Shown one piece after another: positions 20,108-28,585 of a stretch of DNA of 64,000 bases (the first letter of the stretch is position 1; every line of letters begins with the position of its first letter). The position numbers and the translations under genes are program-made. The stretch is taken from positions 6,847 through 70,846 of the forward strand of contig CALUNB010000004.1 of NCBI GenBank assembly GCA_944321885.1, written 5' to 3'. The notes under the pieces were generated by a model. That model saw nothing but the letters and a program-made list of their open reading frames with translations, had not been told where the DNA came from and did no database searches. The DNA comes from an uncultured Bacteroidales bacterium (GTDB lineage: Bacteria; Bacteroidota; Bacteroidia; Bacteroidales; P3).

Positions 20108-20385
20108 ACCCTGAGGAAACCCAATCCCATCCGTCCACCTGAAGGCAACGCCTGTCCCATCAGACATAGGAGAAACGAAGCCAAGGTGAAACCAAGTCCG
20201 CCAGTCCGCCCCGATTTGGCAAAATACCGGATTTTGCGTACTTTTATCATTTGTGTTGTACCGGACCCGGCCATGCAAAAGCCAGCCCGCCAAAGGGATA
20301 CCCAGCGGACACATCGGCCCCTGGCAACACTTGAAACCGAAATAAGCCCCTCATTGGAAGCGAAATAACTTTAATCCTTTACGAT

Positions 20386-22131
20386 ATGAAACAAATTTTC
20401 AAAAAGTTCTTCCTGGCAGCAGGAGTCATGACCTTGGCCGCTGTGGCCAGCGTGCAAGCCTGCACCAATTTCCTCATTACCAAGGGAGCCAGCAAAGACG
20501 GTTCGACCATGATCAGCTATGCCGCCGACTCGCATGTGCTTTACGGCGAACTCTATTACCGCCCTGCCGCCGACTATCCCGAAGGCACGATGATGGACAT
20601 CTACGAATGGGATACCGGTCGCAAACTGGGTCAAATCAAGCAAGCCCTGCACACCTATTCGGTCGTGGGCAACATGAACGAACACCAAGTGGCCATCGCG
20701 GAAACCACCTTCGGCGGGCTTCCCCAGTTGGTTGACACCACCGGCATCGTGGACTACGGCAGCCTCATTTATGTAACCCTGCAACGCGCCAAGACGGCCC
20801 GCGAAGCCATCAAAATCATGCACGAGTTAGTCAGCACCTACGGCTATGCTTCCGGAGGCGAATCCTTCTCAATCCAGGACCCCAACGAAGTCTGGATCAT
20901 GGAAATGGTAGGCAAGGGGCAGAAAATCCTCGGCAAGAACGGCCAGGTTGATCCCAAACGCAACACAAAAGGGGCTGTGTGGGTAGCCTATCGTATTCCC
21001 GAAGGTTATATTTCGGGTCACGCCAACCAAGCCCGCATCACCAAAATCAAACCCGCAGACGGCAAGACCTCCATTTCCAGCAAGGACATCGCCAAGAAAT
21101 ACAACTTGCCCAGCGTGGAATGCATGTATGCAGCCGACGTGGTAGATTATGCCAAGGCCATCGGCCTGTATGAAGGCAAGTTCGAGGATTTCAGCTTCGC
21201 CGACACCTATTGTCCGCTCACTTTCAGCGGTTTGCGCGGATGCGAAGCCCGTGTTTGGGCCGGTTTCATGAAAGCCAATCCTGCTGAAATGGCCACCTAC
21301 GAGGACTACGCCCGGGGCGACAATCCGGATCACCGCATGCCGCTTTGGATCAAACCCGACCGCAAGCTCACGCTCAACGACATGTTCTCCTTCATGCGCG
21401 ACCACTACGAAGGCACCTCGATGGACATGACCAAGGACGTTGGTGCAGGTCCCTTCGCCTGCCCTTACCGTTGGCGTCCCATGGACTTTGAACTGGACGG
21501 CCAGAAATACCTCCATGAAAGAGCCACTTCCACCCAACAAACCGGGTTCTCTTTCATCGCCCAATCCCGTTCCTGGATGCCCGATGCCATCGGCGGTATC
21601 CTCTGGTTCGGCGTGGATGACACCTACTCCACTTGCTACGTCCCCATGTACTGCGGTATCACCGAAATCCCCCTCTGCTTCCGCGTAGGGAACGGCAACA
21701 TGGCCACCTATTCGCCCACCTCGGCTTTCTGGCTGTTCAACCAAGTGACCAACTTCGCTTACAGCCGTTACAAGGACATGATCGTGGACATCCAGAAGGT
21801 CCAGTCCGAACTCGAAACCGGTTTCCAAAGCAAGGTGGCCCGGAACGATGCCAAGATGAAGGATGAAACCGACCCCGCCAAGCTGGTCGCTTTCGCCAAC
21901 CAGTTTTCCAATGCCCAAGCCGAACTGATGTTCAATCAATGGAAGAGCCTGAGCGAATACCTCTTGGTGAAATACATGGACGGCAACGTGAAGAAGACCG
22001 ATGAAAAAGGCAACTTCAAGACCACGCCTTACGGTCCGGACCGCATCGAGATGCCCGACATGCCACTCTATCCCGAATCCTGGTACCGGGAAATCGTGGA
22101 AGATTGCGGGGAAAACATCAAAGTGAAGTAA
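20386..22131 (+). CDS. C69-family dipeptidase (secreted)
   Basis: A signal peptide is followed by the nucleophile Cys context QACTNFLITKGASKDGS. Length of 581 aa and conserved blocks (GGESFSIQDPNEVWIMEM) match peptidase C69. Confidence 0.85.
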   Translation: MKQIFKKFFLAAGVMTLAAVASVQACTNFLITKGASKDGSTMISYAADSHVLYGELYYRPAADYPEGTMMDIYEWDTGRKLGQIKQALHTYSVVGNMNEHQVAIAETTFGGLPQLVDTTGIVDYGSLIYVTLQRAKTAREAIKIMHELVSTYGYASGGESFSIQDPNEVWIMEMVGKGQKILGKNGQVDPKRNTKGAVWVAYRIPEGYISGHANQARITKIKPADGKTSISSKDIAKKYNLPSVECMYAADVVDYAKAIGLYEGKFEDFSFADTYCPLTFSGLRGCEARVWAGFMKANPAEMATYEDYARGDNPDHRMPLWIKPDRKLTLNDMFSFMRDHYEGTSMDMTKDVGAGPFACPYRWRPMDFELDGQKYLHERATSTQQTGFSFIAQSRSWMPDAIGGILWFGVDDTYSTCYVPMYCGITEIPLCFRVGNGNMATYSPTSAFWLFNQVTNFAYSRYKDMIVDIQKVQSELETGFQSKVARNDAKMKDETDPAKLVAFANQFSNAQAELMFNQWKSLSEYLLVKYMDGNVKKTDEKGNFKTTPYGPDRIEMPDMPLYPESWYREIVEDCGENIKVK

Positions 22132-22252
22132 TCCCTGAAAAAAAAAAATTTCTTAGCAACTTCCTTCGCGGTGTGTCAGGAAGGGTGGGAAACCCGTTCT
22201 GGCACACCGCCTTGTTTACAAGCATCCCGGCCTGCACCCGCGCCACACGCCC

Positions 22253-24016
22253 ATGAAACGACACATCATACTCTCCGTCCTTTCCCTTCTTTGCTTGCTT
22301 CCACCCGTTTTCCCGGCCTCGGACTCCCTGTCCTTGTTTGTGTCCCTGAGCGAAGAAGAACAAACGCCCGACCCCGAAGAACGCCTGGCCATAATCCGGC
22401 AAGCCATGGCCTATTGCCAAGCCCAAAAGGATGCCTACCACGAGATTTTCTTCAAGAACCGGGAAATCACCAGCCTGTTTTCCTTGGCCATCTACGATCT
22501 GGACGACCCTACCAACGAAATCCTCCTGCAAACCGAAGAGGGCCTGGCCCGCTGCCCGGCAACGGAAAAAGAGGACTGGGAAAGACTGCATATCGACGCT
22601 TTGGCCAACCGCTGCATTTACAGCATCATGGCCAATGACTACACCCATTGCAGCGAATTGCTGCGCAAGATGAACACCCTGTACACGGACCCTTACGCCC
22701 AAGGGAAGCAACATCTTTGCCGAGGCATCATGGCCGCACACAAGAATGCTTACCAGGAAGCCTTTTCCCATTTCCAGCAAAGCGCTGCCTTTTTCGGCGA
22801 AGCCGGGGATACCGAAAACGTTTTCAAGGCCACCGCCAACATGGGCCTGGTCATGCTCAGCACCCAAAAATACCAGGACGCGCTTTCCTACTTCAACCGT
22901 TGCCATCAGATTGCCATCGAACAGGCCTGGCAAGGAGAAAAACTGGTCCTTTCCTACCACTATATGGCTCAAGGCTATTCTGCCCTGGAGCAGCACGAAA
23001 TCGCCGATCGCTTTTATATTGAAGCCATCCGCTTAGCCAGGGAACAGAACCTGAAACGGATCCTTTGCTTTTCCCAGTTCAGCTACGCCGCAGACCTTTT
23101 CCAAGCCCGGAAATACCGGGAAGCGGAAAAGGAAGCCACCACGGCCTTGCAATATTTTGAAGAAAACGAACTGACCCAGATGGAGGCCGAAAGCCTGCGG
23201 CTCTTGGCCGAAATCGCCAAGGAGCAGGACAACGACAAACTGGCATTCGTCTATCTGGACCGTTATATCGCCCTCATCCGGGATTTCTGGCAGGAAGAAC
23301 AGGCCAAGAACTTCAAAAAGATGGAAAGCAGCCTGGAAGACTACCGGCTCCAACAGAAAATGCAGGAAATAGAACTGACCCAAGCCCAGGTACGTTACCG
23401 GAACCTATGGATCGGCGTGCTGGTTTTCCTCATCATAGCCTCCGTGACCGGACTGGGAATTCTCTCGCGCCGCTTCTTCCGATTCAAGAAACGCAATCGC
23501 AACACACTGAAAATCTTGGAAGAAAACAAGCGCAACGATCAGGAAAGACTCCGTAATCTGGAAAACCACCTCAACGCCCAAATCGGTTCCAAGAACCAAA
23601 CCTTGCTTTCCAATTCCCTGCTATTCCTGCGTATCAGCAACATAGCTACCAATATCCAAGAAAACCTGCAAACCTTGAAGAAAAGCGGCAATTTGCAGGC
23701 CAAAGACAAGATTCTGCTCTACGAGACGGAAAACCTTGTCAAGGAGATGGACATGAACCAGAATTGGGAAGAATTCGAGCTTTATTTCCAGCAGACCGCC
23801 GGGGATTTCTTTTCGCGCCTTAGCCAAAAGTATCCGGCCCTCTCGCCTTACGAGAAACGGATTTGCGCCTTGTTCAGCCTCAATCTCAACAACAAAGAAA
23901 TAGCCATGCTGATGGACCGCTCCCTGCAATCCATCAGCATGGCCAAAACCCGCATCAAGCGGAAAATGAAGGTCGATTCGGACCAGGCCTTCAACGACTG
24001 CCTCAAACAGATCTGA
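22253..24016 (+). CDS. TPR-repeat, single-pass membrane, LuxR-type HTH transcriptional regulator
   Basis: Signal-like N-terminus, then TPR-like helical repeats. TM segment is WIGVLVFLIIASVTGLGIL. C-terminal LuxR/GerE HTH reads EKRICALFSLNLNNKEIAMLMDRSLQSISMAKTRIKRKM. Confidence 0.7.
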   Translation: MKRHIILSVLSLLCLLPPVFPASDSLSLFVSLSEEEQTPDPEERLAIIRQAMAYCQAQKDAYHEIFFKNREITSLFSLAIYDLDDPTNEILLQTEEGLARCPATEKEDWERLHIDALANRCIYSIMANDYTHCSELLRKMNTLYTDPYAQGKQHLCRGIMAAHKNAYQEAFSHFQQSAAFFGEAGDTENVFKATANMGLVMLSTQKYQDALSYFNRCHQIAIEQAWQGEKLVLSYHYMAQGYSALEQHEIADRFYIEAIRLAREQNLKRILCFSQFSYAADLFQARKYREAEKEATTALQYFEENELTQMEAESLRLLAEIAKEQDNDKLAFVYLDRYIALIRDFWQEEQAKNFKKMESSLEDYRLQQKMQEIELTQAQVRYRNLWIGVLVFLIIASVTGLGILSRRFFRFKKRNRNTLKILEENKRNDQERLRNLENHLNAQIGSKNQTLLSNSLLFLRISNIATNIQENLQTLKKSGNLQAKDKILLYETENLVKEMDMNQNWEEFELYFQQTAGDFFSRLSQKYPALSPYEKRICALFSLNLNNKEIAMLMDRSLQSISMAKTRIKRKMKVDSDQAFNDCLKQI

Positions 24017-24198
24017 AAGAGACGAGTGTGCCGTCTTCCATTTCGGATCGGCCTTCGGCTCGGACAAGGATTTGCCTGTATCTGAGAAGCGGTTTAAAAT
24101 TTCTTGCAATCCTGAAAAAATGAACTTTCAGGAACCGGTTTCAGGATTTTGTTTGCCCATCGGGGGCTATTTCGGCTCTGGTTGAGCGAGGCCCGATG

Positions 24199-24265
24199 AT
24201 AGCTTGGTCTCGGAGAAATCAAAGCAAGCTTTGATTTCTCCGATCGACTTTCGCTATCGTTTGCC
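24199..24265 (-). repeat. Inverted-orientation copy of the 10.2-kb intergenic repeat family, containing a perfect hairpin
   Basis: The reverse complement reads ggcaaacgatagcgaaagtcgatcggagaaatcaaagcttgctttgatttctccgagaccaagctat. It shares both arms (ggcaaa..atagcgaaagtcga and ccgagaccaagctat) with 10168..10232. A perfect 15-bp stem pairs 24211..24225 with 24228..24242. The copy lies between convergent genes. Confidence 0.8.
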
Positions 24266-24435
24266 TCTTTCACGTCCGATAGCTCGGCTATCCTCCTTTG
24301 AAAAACGCGGCGCCATCCCTCCAAATCCCCTCCCGATGGCCTAAACAGACAAATTTAAACAGCTTCTGAAAGTATCGGAAGATTGCCCGAATTCCGGCCG
24401 GCTTCCAGCGATGCCCTATCCGGGATTTTCCCTTT

Positions 24436-26436
24436 CTACCGAACCACCTTGAAAAAGCCGCAAAGCATCGAATCATTCCAAACCCGTCCCACATACACGG
24501 ACCGGGGCAAATCCGACAAATCCACCCCTTGCTGCCCGCCCCGGACAAGCCGGACCAAACGCCCGTCTGCCGAAAAGATTTCCATGCGGTCGAAAACCAG
24601 GCCGGCCTCCCAGGAAAGCCAACCGGAGACCGGATCCATACGGACGGAAATTTTCCGGGAAGCAAGGGGTTCGAGGGAACTTCCCTCCGCCTTGGGCTTC
24701 ACCTTGACATACTCAGTCAAGGACGAATCCGAGGCATACACGGCTTTCACGCCCACGAACCCGCTCGTATCGGCCAAAGTGCCTTGGAACGAAGTTTCCT
24801 CGGAGGAACCTATCCGCTGCCCGTTCCGGTAAACATCATAGCGTTCGACCCCGGCCTGTTCCGGAGCCTCCCAAGAGAGTTCCAGACCTTGGGTTTCCGC
24901 CATCCAATAGGCCTGCAAATTCCTGACAGCCAAATCCGGTTGAGCTTCCAAACGTTGCAAGGCATCCGGGATGTGGACACAGGCACCGGCTTGCGGAGCA
25001 CGCAGGAGCTCGGCCATCTGGTAGCCGTTCAGTCCCGGTTCCACCGAAAGCAGCAAGGCCGCCACCGACGACACGACCGGCGTAGCCATCGAAGTCCCCG
25101 CCATCATGTCGTAATGCTTCCCGGCAAAAGCCTCCTTGTCGGCATGGTACTGGGAAATGCAATAGGTGGTGCTGAAAACCTGCACATCCGGACGGATTTC
25201 CCCGTTTTCCACAAAATAGCCGCCCGGCGCCCATACGTCCACATCGGCCCCATAATTGGAGAAGGAAGCCCTGGAGGCATCGCTGTTGAGGGCCCCCACC
25301 GAAATCACGCCCGGGTAAGCCGCCGGATAGTTGGAACCTTCCTTGCCATCGTTCCCGGCCGCCGCAATCAGGATCACGCCCTTTTCGGCCAGTTCCCCGT
25401 ACACCTCTTCCTCCACCGAGCTGTAGTTGGACGAACCGTAAGACATGCTCACGATGTCCGCCCCTTGATCCACGGCCCAAAGCACCCCTTGGACCGCCCG
25501 TACCATGTCGCGTTCATTGGCATCGGCAGCCCGCACGCCCAACACCGTGACACCGGAAGAGGGAGAAGTCACGCCCAGACCGTTGTCCGTCAACGCCCCG
25601 ATAACTCCCGCGCAATGCGTCCCATGCGACCAACCGTAAGCCGCCGAGGGAGCAGTCGCCGAACCTTGCTGGTCCTGGACCACATAGGCCGGAGGATCAG
25701 CACCGCCCGGAATGCCCAGGATGGCATCATACAAATTGGCAGACTCCAGCTGCAGGTCCTCATGGTTCCCCCATACAGCATTGTCCACCACGGCCACTTT
25801 CACCGATTTGTCCCCTTGATAATATCCGTAGGTTTCCGGGAAGCCAATCATGTCCCAATGCCAGGAGGTAGGTATATTATCAATATTGCCAAAAAAATAG
25901 TCATCGGGGGCATTTCCTTCCGAACCCGGCTTGCCCCCTTCCCATTGCAGCTGGTGCAGAGGCACCTTTTCCACAAAAACCACCCGGGGATCCTGTTCCA
26001 GTTCCCGGATGAAGGACTCCGTCTGGGAAACACTGTCGAACTCGATCCGGAAGACGTTGTCCAGAAAGTCGTTGTCGAACACGTGCATGCTGTACGCCAT
26101 GGGCTTGAGGCCATAGCGCACCGCCTTGGACCGGGAGGAGAACAAACGCGATACCGGACATTCCCTTTCCGCCGATTTGGCGAAGTCCACCGCCCCATCG
26201 GCGAATTTCACATACAAGGCGCCAGGCACATAAGAGGCCTGTTCCCGGGATTCCGCCGGGGATTGGTCCGGAACCGAGGCAAGAGACAAGGCTTCCGGTT
26301 CCTGGGCCGGTAAAACGGACAGCATCAACAAGAGCGGCAGCAGGGCAGCGAGCCTGCCTGCCCGGAGGTCCCGCCTTTTCCGGTCCACCCGGGCAAGAGC
26401 CGTTCCCTTTTGTTGGTTTGAATTGTTTTTCAACAT
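24436..26436 (-). CDS. S8-family subtilisin-like serine peptidase with T9SS C-terminal sorting domain
   Basis: Trimmed to the ATG at 26436 (MLKNNSNQQKG...LLPLLLMLSVLPAQE). Catalytic triad contexts are VAVVDNAVW (D), HGTHCAGVIGA (H) and GTSMATPVVSS (S). An I9-like propeptide is present. The C-terminal beta-sandwich tail reads ...FSADGRLVRLVRGGQQGVDLSDLPRSVYVGRVWNDSMLCGFFKVVR. Confidence 0.8.
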   Translation of the reverse strand: MLKNNSNQQKGTALARVDRKRRDLRAGRLAALLPLLLMLSVLPAQEPEALSLASVPDQSPAESREQASYVPGALYVKFADGAVDFAKSAERECPVSRLFSSRSKAVRYGLKPMAYSMHVFDNDFLDNVFRIEFDSVSQTESFIRELEQDPRVVFVEKVPLHQLQWEGGKPGSEGNAPDDYFFGNIDNIPTSWHWDMIGFPETYGYYQGDKSVKVAVVDNAVWGNHEDLQLESANLYDAILGIPGGADPPAYVVQDQQGSATAPSAAYGWSHGTHCAGVIGALTDNGLGVTSPSSGVTVLGVRAADANERDMVRAVQGVLWAVDQGADIVSMSYGSSNYSSVEEEVYGELAEKGVILIAAAGNDGKEGSNYPAAYPGVISVGALNSDASRASFSNYGADVDVWAPGGYFVENGEIRPDVQVFSTTYCISQYHADKEAFAGKHYDMMAGTSMATPVVSSVAALLLSVEPGLNGYQMAELLRAPQAGACVHIPDALQRLEAQPDLAVRNLQAYWMAETQGLELSWEAPEQAGVERYDVYRNGQRIGSSEETSFQGTLADTSGFVGVKAVYASDSSLTEYVKVKPKAEGSSLEPLASRKISVRMDPVSGWLSWEAGLVFDRMEIFSADGRLVRLVRGGQQGVDLSDLPRSVYVGRVWNDSMLCGFFKVVR

Positions 26437-28346
26437 ATCACTAACTTTTTCACATAGACATTCTGCCCCACACGTATCCGGAGCAAGTACACACCGGCTT
26501 CCAAACCCTCCACCGGCAACTCCAACACATGGGTCCCTGCCGACATGCTTTCCGCCGGGAGTTGTTTGCGGACCTTGGACGACAAATCCAAGATTTCCAC
26601 ACGCACCCGGCTGGTTTCCGGCAGGCCGAATTCCAGCCTGCACCGCTCCCTGCAGGGATTGGGAGACAGATTAAAACGGATATCCGGACGTTCTGCCAGG
26701 CTTTCGGACGAGCTTTCCTGCACAAAACGCAAGCTCCGGGACTGCAAGACTTCCTTGCTTCGGGCATCCTGCACGAAAACCACGGCGGAAACGCCTTCCC
26801 AAGGCCCGAAAATCTTCGGGTTGCCGCTCCCCAGGTCCACCGAATAGTGGAACTCGCGGGTCCCCGAACTTGCCAGATCCAAGGCTTCCCCATAGGCAGA
26901 CGGGAGCACTTTCCTTGCCACATGGAAGAACTCCGTCTCCCCGTTCGACTGCGGTTCGTGGTAAATGGAATCCTCGGTCAGGACCACGTAAAGATGAAGG
27001 TTTTCCATCGCTATCCGGTTGGTCACGGCCACATCCACGTCAAAACGGGTACCTGTCCGCTTTCCATAGCCTTCGATTTCAATCGGGCTAACGCGCTCCT
27101 TCTCCGCCTCGACCCGGACCGGCAGGTTCCCCGAAATACCGGAGAAATCACTCCCATAAAGACTCCCGTTGACGAACATGGTAGGAATACTCGTCACATC
27201 GTAAAAATCATCCCTTTCCTTCCCTTCCGCAATCACACAAGGGTCCCCCGGAATCGGAAAATCCATCTGGTATTTCACCACGGAAAGAAACGGGGCCGAA
27301 GGCCCGTCAAAGACAGATTCATAAGCCTCCCGGATTTGGACATTCGCGCCTGCGCAGCCTCCGCAAGTGGAGCTGGAAAAGATTTCCAACAAGGTACGCC
27401 GGGGAAAATACCCCTGATCCGAAACTTCGACGACACCGGACAAGGTATCCGATACCACATCCTCCCGGCCATTCATAGACGAAACCCATAAACGGAACAT
27501 ATAGGTTCCCGGTGTTTGCAGTTCCACCGTGTCGGAAACCAAATCCACGGTATGCCAATCCACCGGGGACTCTTGCGTTTCCGGCTTCCGGAAATCCAAG
27601 GAACCACATTTCCCCTGCAAACCTTTCCCGGCTTGTTGGACAGGTTCCAAATGATAGGAAATCGTGCAAGATCGGATTTCCTCGTTCCACAACAAACGCC
27701 CCAAGCAAGAGAACACAAAACCTTGACCGGGTCCAACCATTTCTGGACACTGCAAACCGGACAAGGAAATCCGGGGTGTGGCCAAATCCGAAACCAAAAT
27801 ATCATCCAGATACAAGGCGTAACGGTTCATCGACCTTTGCAGGAAGGCCAAACGGATTTTCTCCCCCACATAAGCCTCCAAATCAAGGATATGGTTCGTC
27901 CATATCCCCGGTTCGCCTTCTACAAAAAGCAACGTATCAGAAAAAGCTTCCTTTTCCGTCGCTCCCTTCGAAACCAAAACAGCAAAGGTTTCCGTTTCCC
28001 CTTTGTCGAAAGAACGGGCCCGGAAGCTCAAGAAGGGTTTCCGGGCTTGGGTCAAATCCATGGCGGGACTTACCAGCCACCGGTCCGCACGGGTATTGGC
28101 ATCCGTGAACCAAGAAGGCGATATAGCCACCTGGTCCCCGTTGTCGACCACTACGTTCCAAGCATTGTTGCAATAGGAAAAATGCGCATCCACGCGGTTC
28201 CCGTCATCATAGACAATCCACGACGAGGGAATATCCCCAGCCATCCCGTCCAAAACCACTTGGTTGAAATTTTCTTCCAGATACGTCTTTCCCGGCAACA
28301 AACCGCCCAAAAACAAAAACGGAATCAAAAACACTATTTTTTTCAT
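26430..28346 (-). CDS. T9SS cargo protein: choice-of-anchor-J domain + Omp28-like (thioredoxin-fold, CxxC) region + T9SS CTD
   Basis: ATG at 28346 (MKKIVFLIPFLFLGGLLPG). The N-terminal region LEENFN...WIVYDDGN...DRWLVSPAMDL...FAVLVS is choice-of-anchor-J-like. The middle region reads LLEIFSSSTCGGCAGAN...IPTMFVNG. The C-terminal tail LSPNPCRERCRLEFGL...GVYLLRIRVGQNVYVKKLVIC is a T9SS sorting domain. Confidence 0.7.
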   Translation of the reverse strand: MKKIVFLIPFLFLGGLLPGKTYLEENFNQVVLDGMAGDIPSSWIVYDDGNRVDAHFSYCNNAWNVVVDNGDQVAISPSWFTDANTRADRWLVSPAMDLTQARKPFLSFRARSFDKGETETFAVLVSKGATEKEAFSDTLLFVEGEPGIWTNHILDLEAYVGEKIRLAFLQRSMNRYALYLDDILVSDLATPRISLSGLQCPEMVGPGQGFVFSCLGRLLWNEEIRSCTISYHLEPVQQAGKGLQGKCGSLDFRKPETQESPVDWHTVDLVSDTVELQTPGTYMFRLWVSSMNGREDVVSDTLSGVVEVSDQGYFPRRTLLEIFSSSTCGGCAGANVQIREAYESVFDGPSAPFLSVVKYQMDFPIPGDPCVIAEGKERDDFYDVTSIPTMFVNGSLYGSDFSGISGNLPVRVEAEKERVSPIEIEGYGKRTGTRFDVDVAVTNRIAMENLHLYVVLTEDSIYHEPQSNGETEFFHVARKVLPSAYGEALDLASSGTREFHYSVDLGSGNPKIFGPWEGVSAVVFVQDARSKEVLQSRSLRFVQESSSESLAERPDIRFNLSPNPCRERCRLEFGLPETSRVRVEILDLSSKVRKQLPAESMSAGTHVLELPVEGLEAGVYLLRIRVGQNVYVKKLVIC

Positions 28347-28585
28347 CTTCGTTCCTTTTTTGACGTCCGACCCGCTTGCGATATCCACCACCTCAGAACA
28401 AAGTTTTACCGATAAAAGTTCACAGAATCCTGTCAGGCAAAACCTTGTCCCCTTGGCGACAAACAAACGGGGAGGGCGAGTTTCATCCCTCGGACAACGG
28501 ACAAGCCAGCTGCAATTGCCGCCGTTCTTACCCGTTATCCATCGGGAATCCGGCCCACCCTCTTACCGTCACCAACCAAAACCTA

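Noticed and set aside
20108-20385. Possible small RNA or riboswitch in the 278-bp spacer upstream of the C69 dipeptidase
   Set aside because: I could not identify a conserved structured motif. Only approximate TAnnTTTG-like promoter matches occur around 20239..20253. That is insufficient to call a feature.
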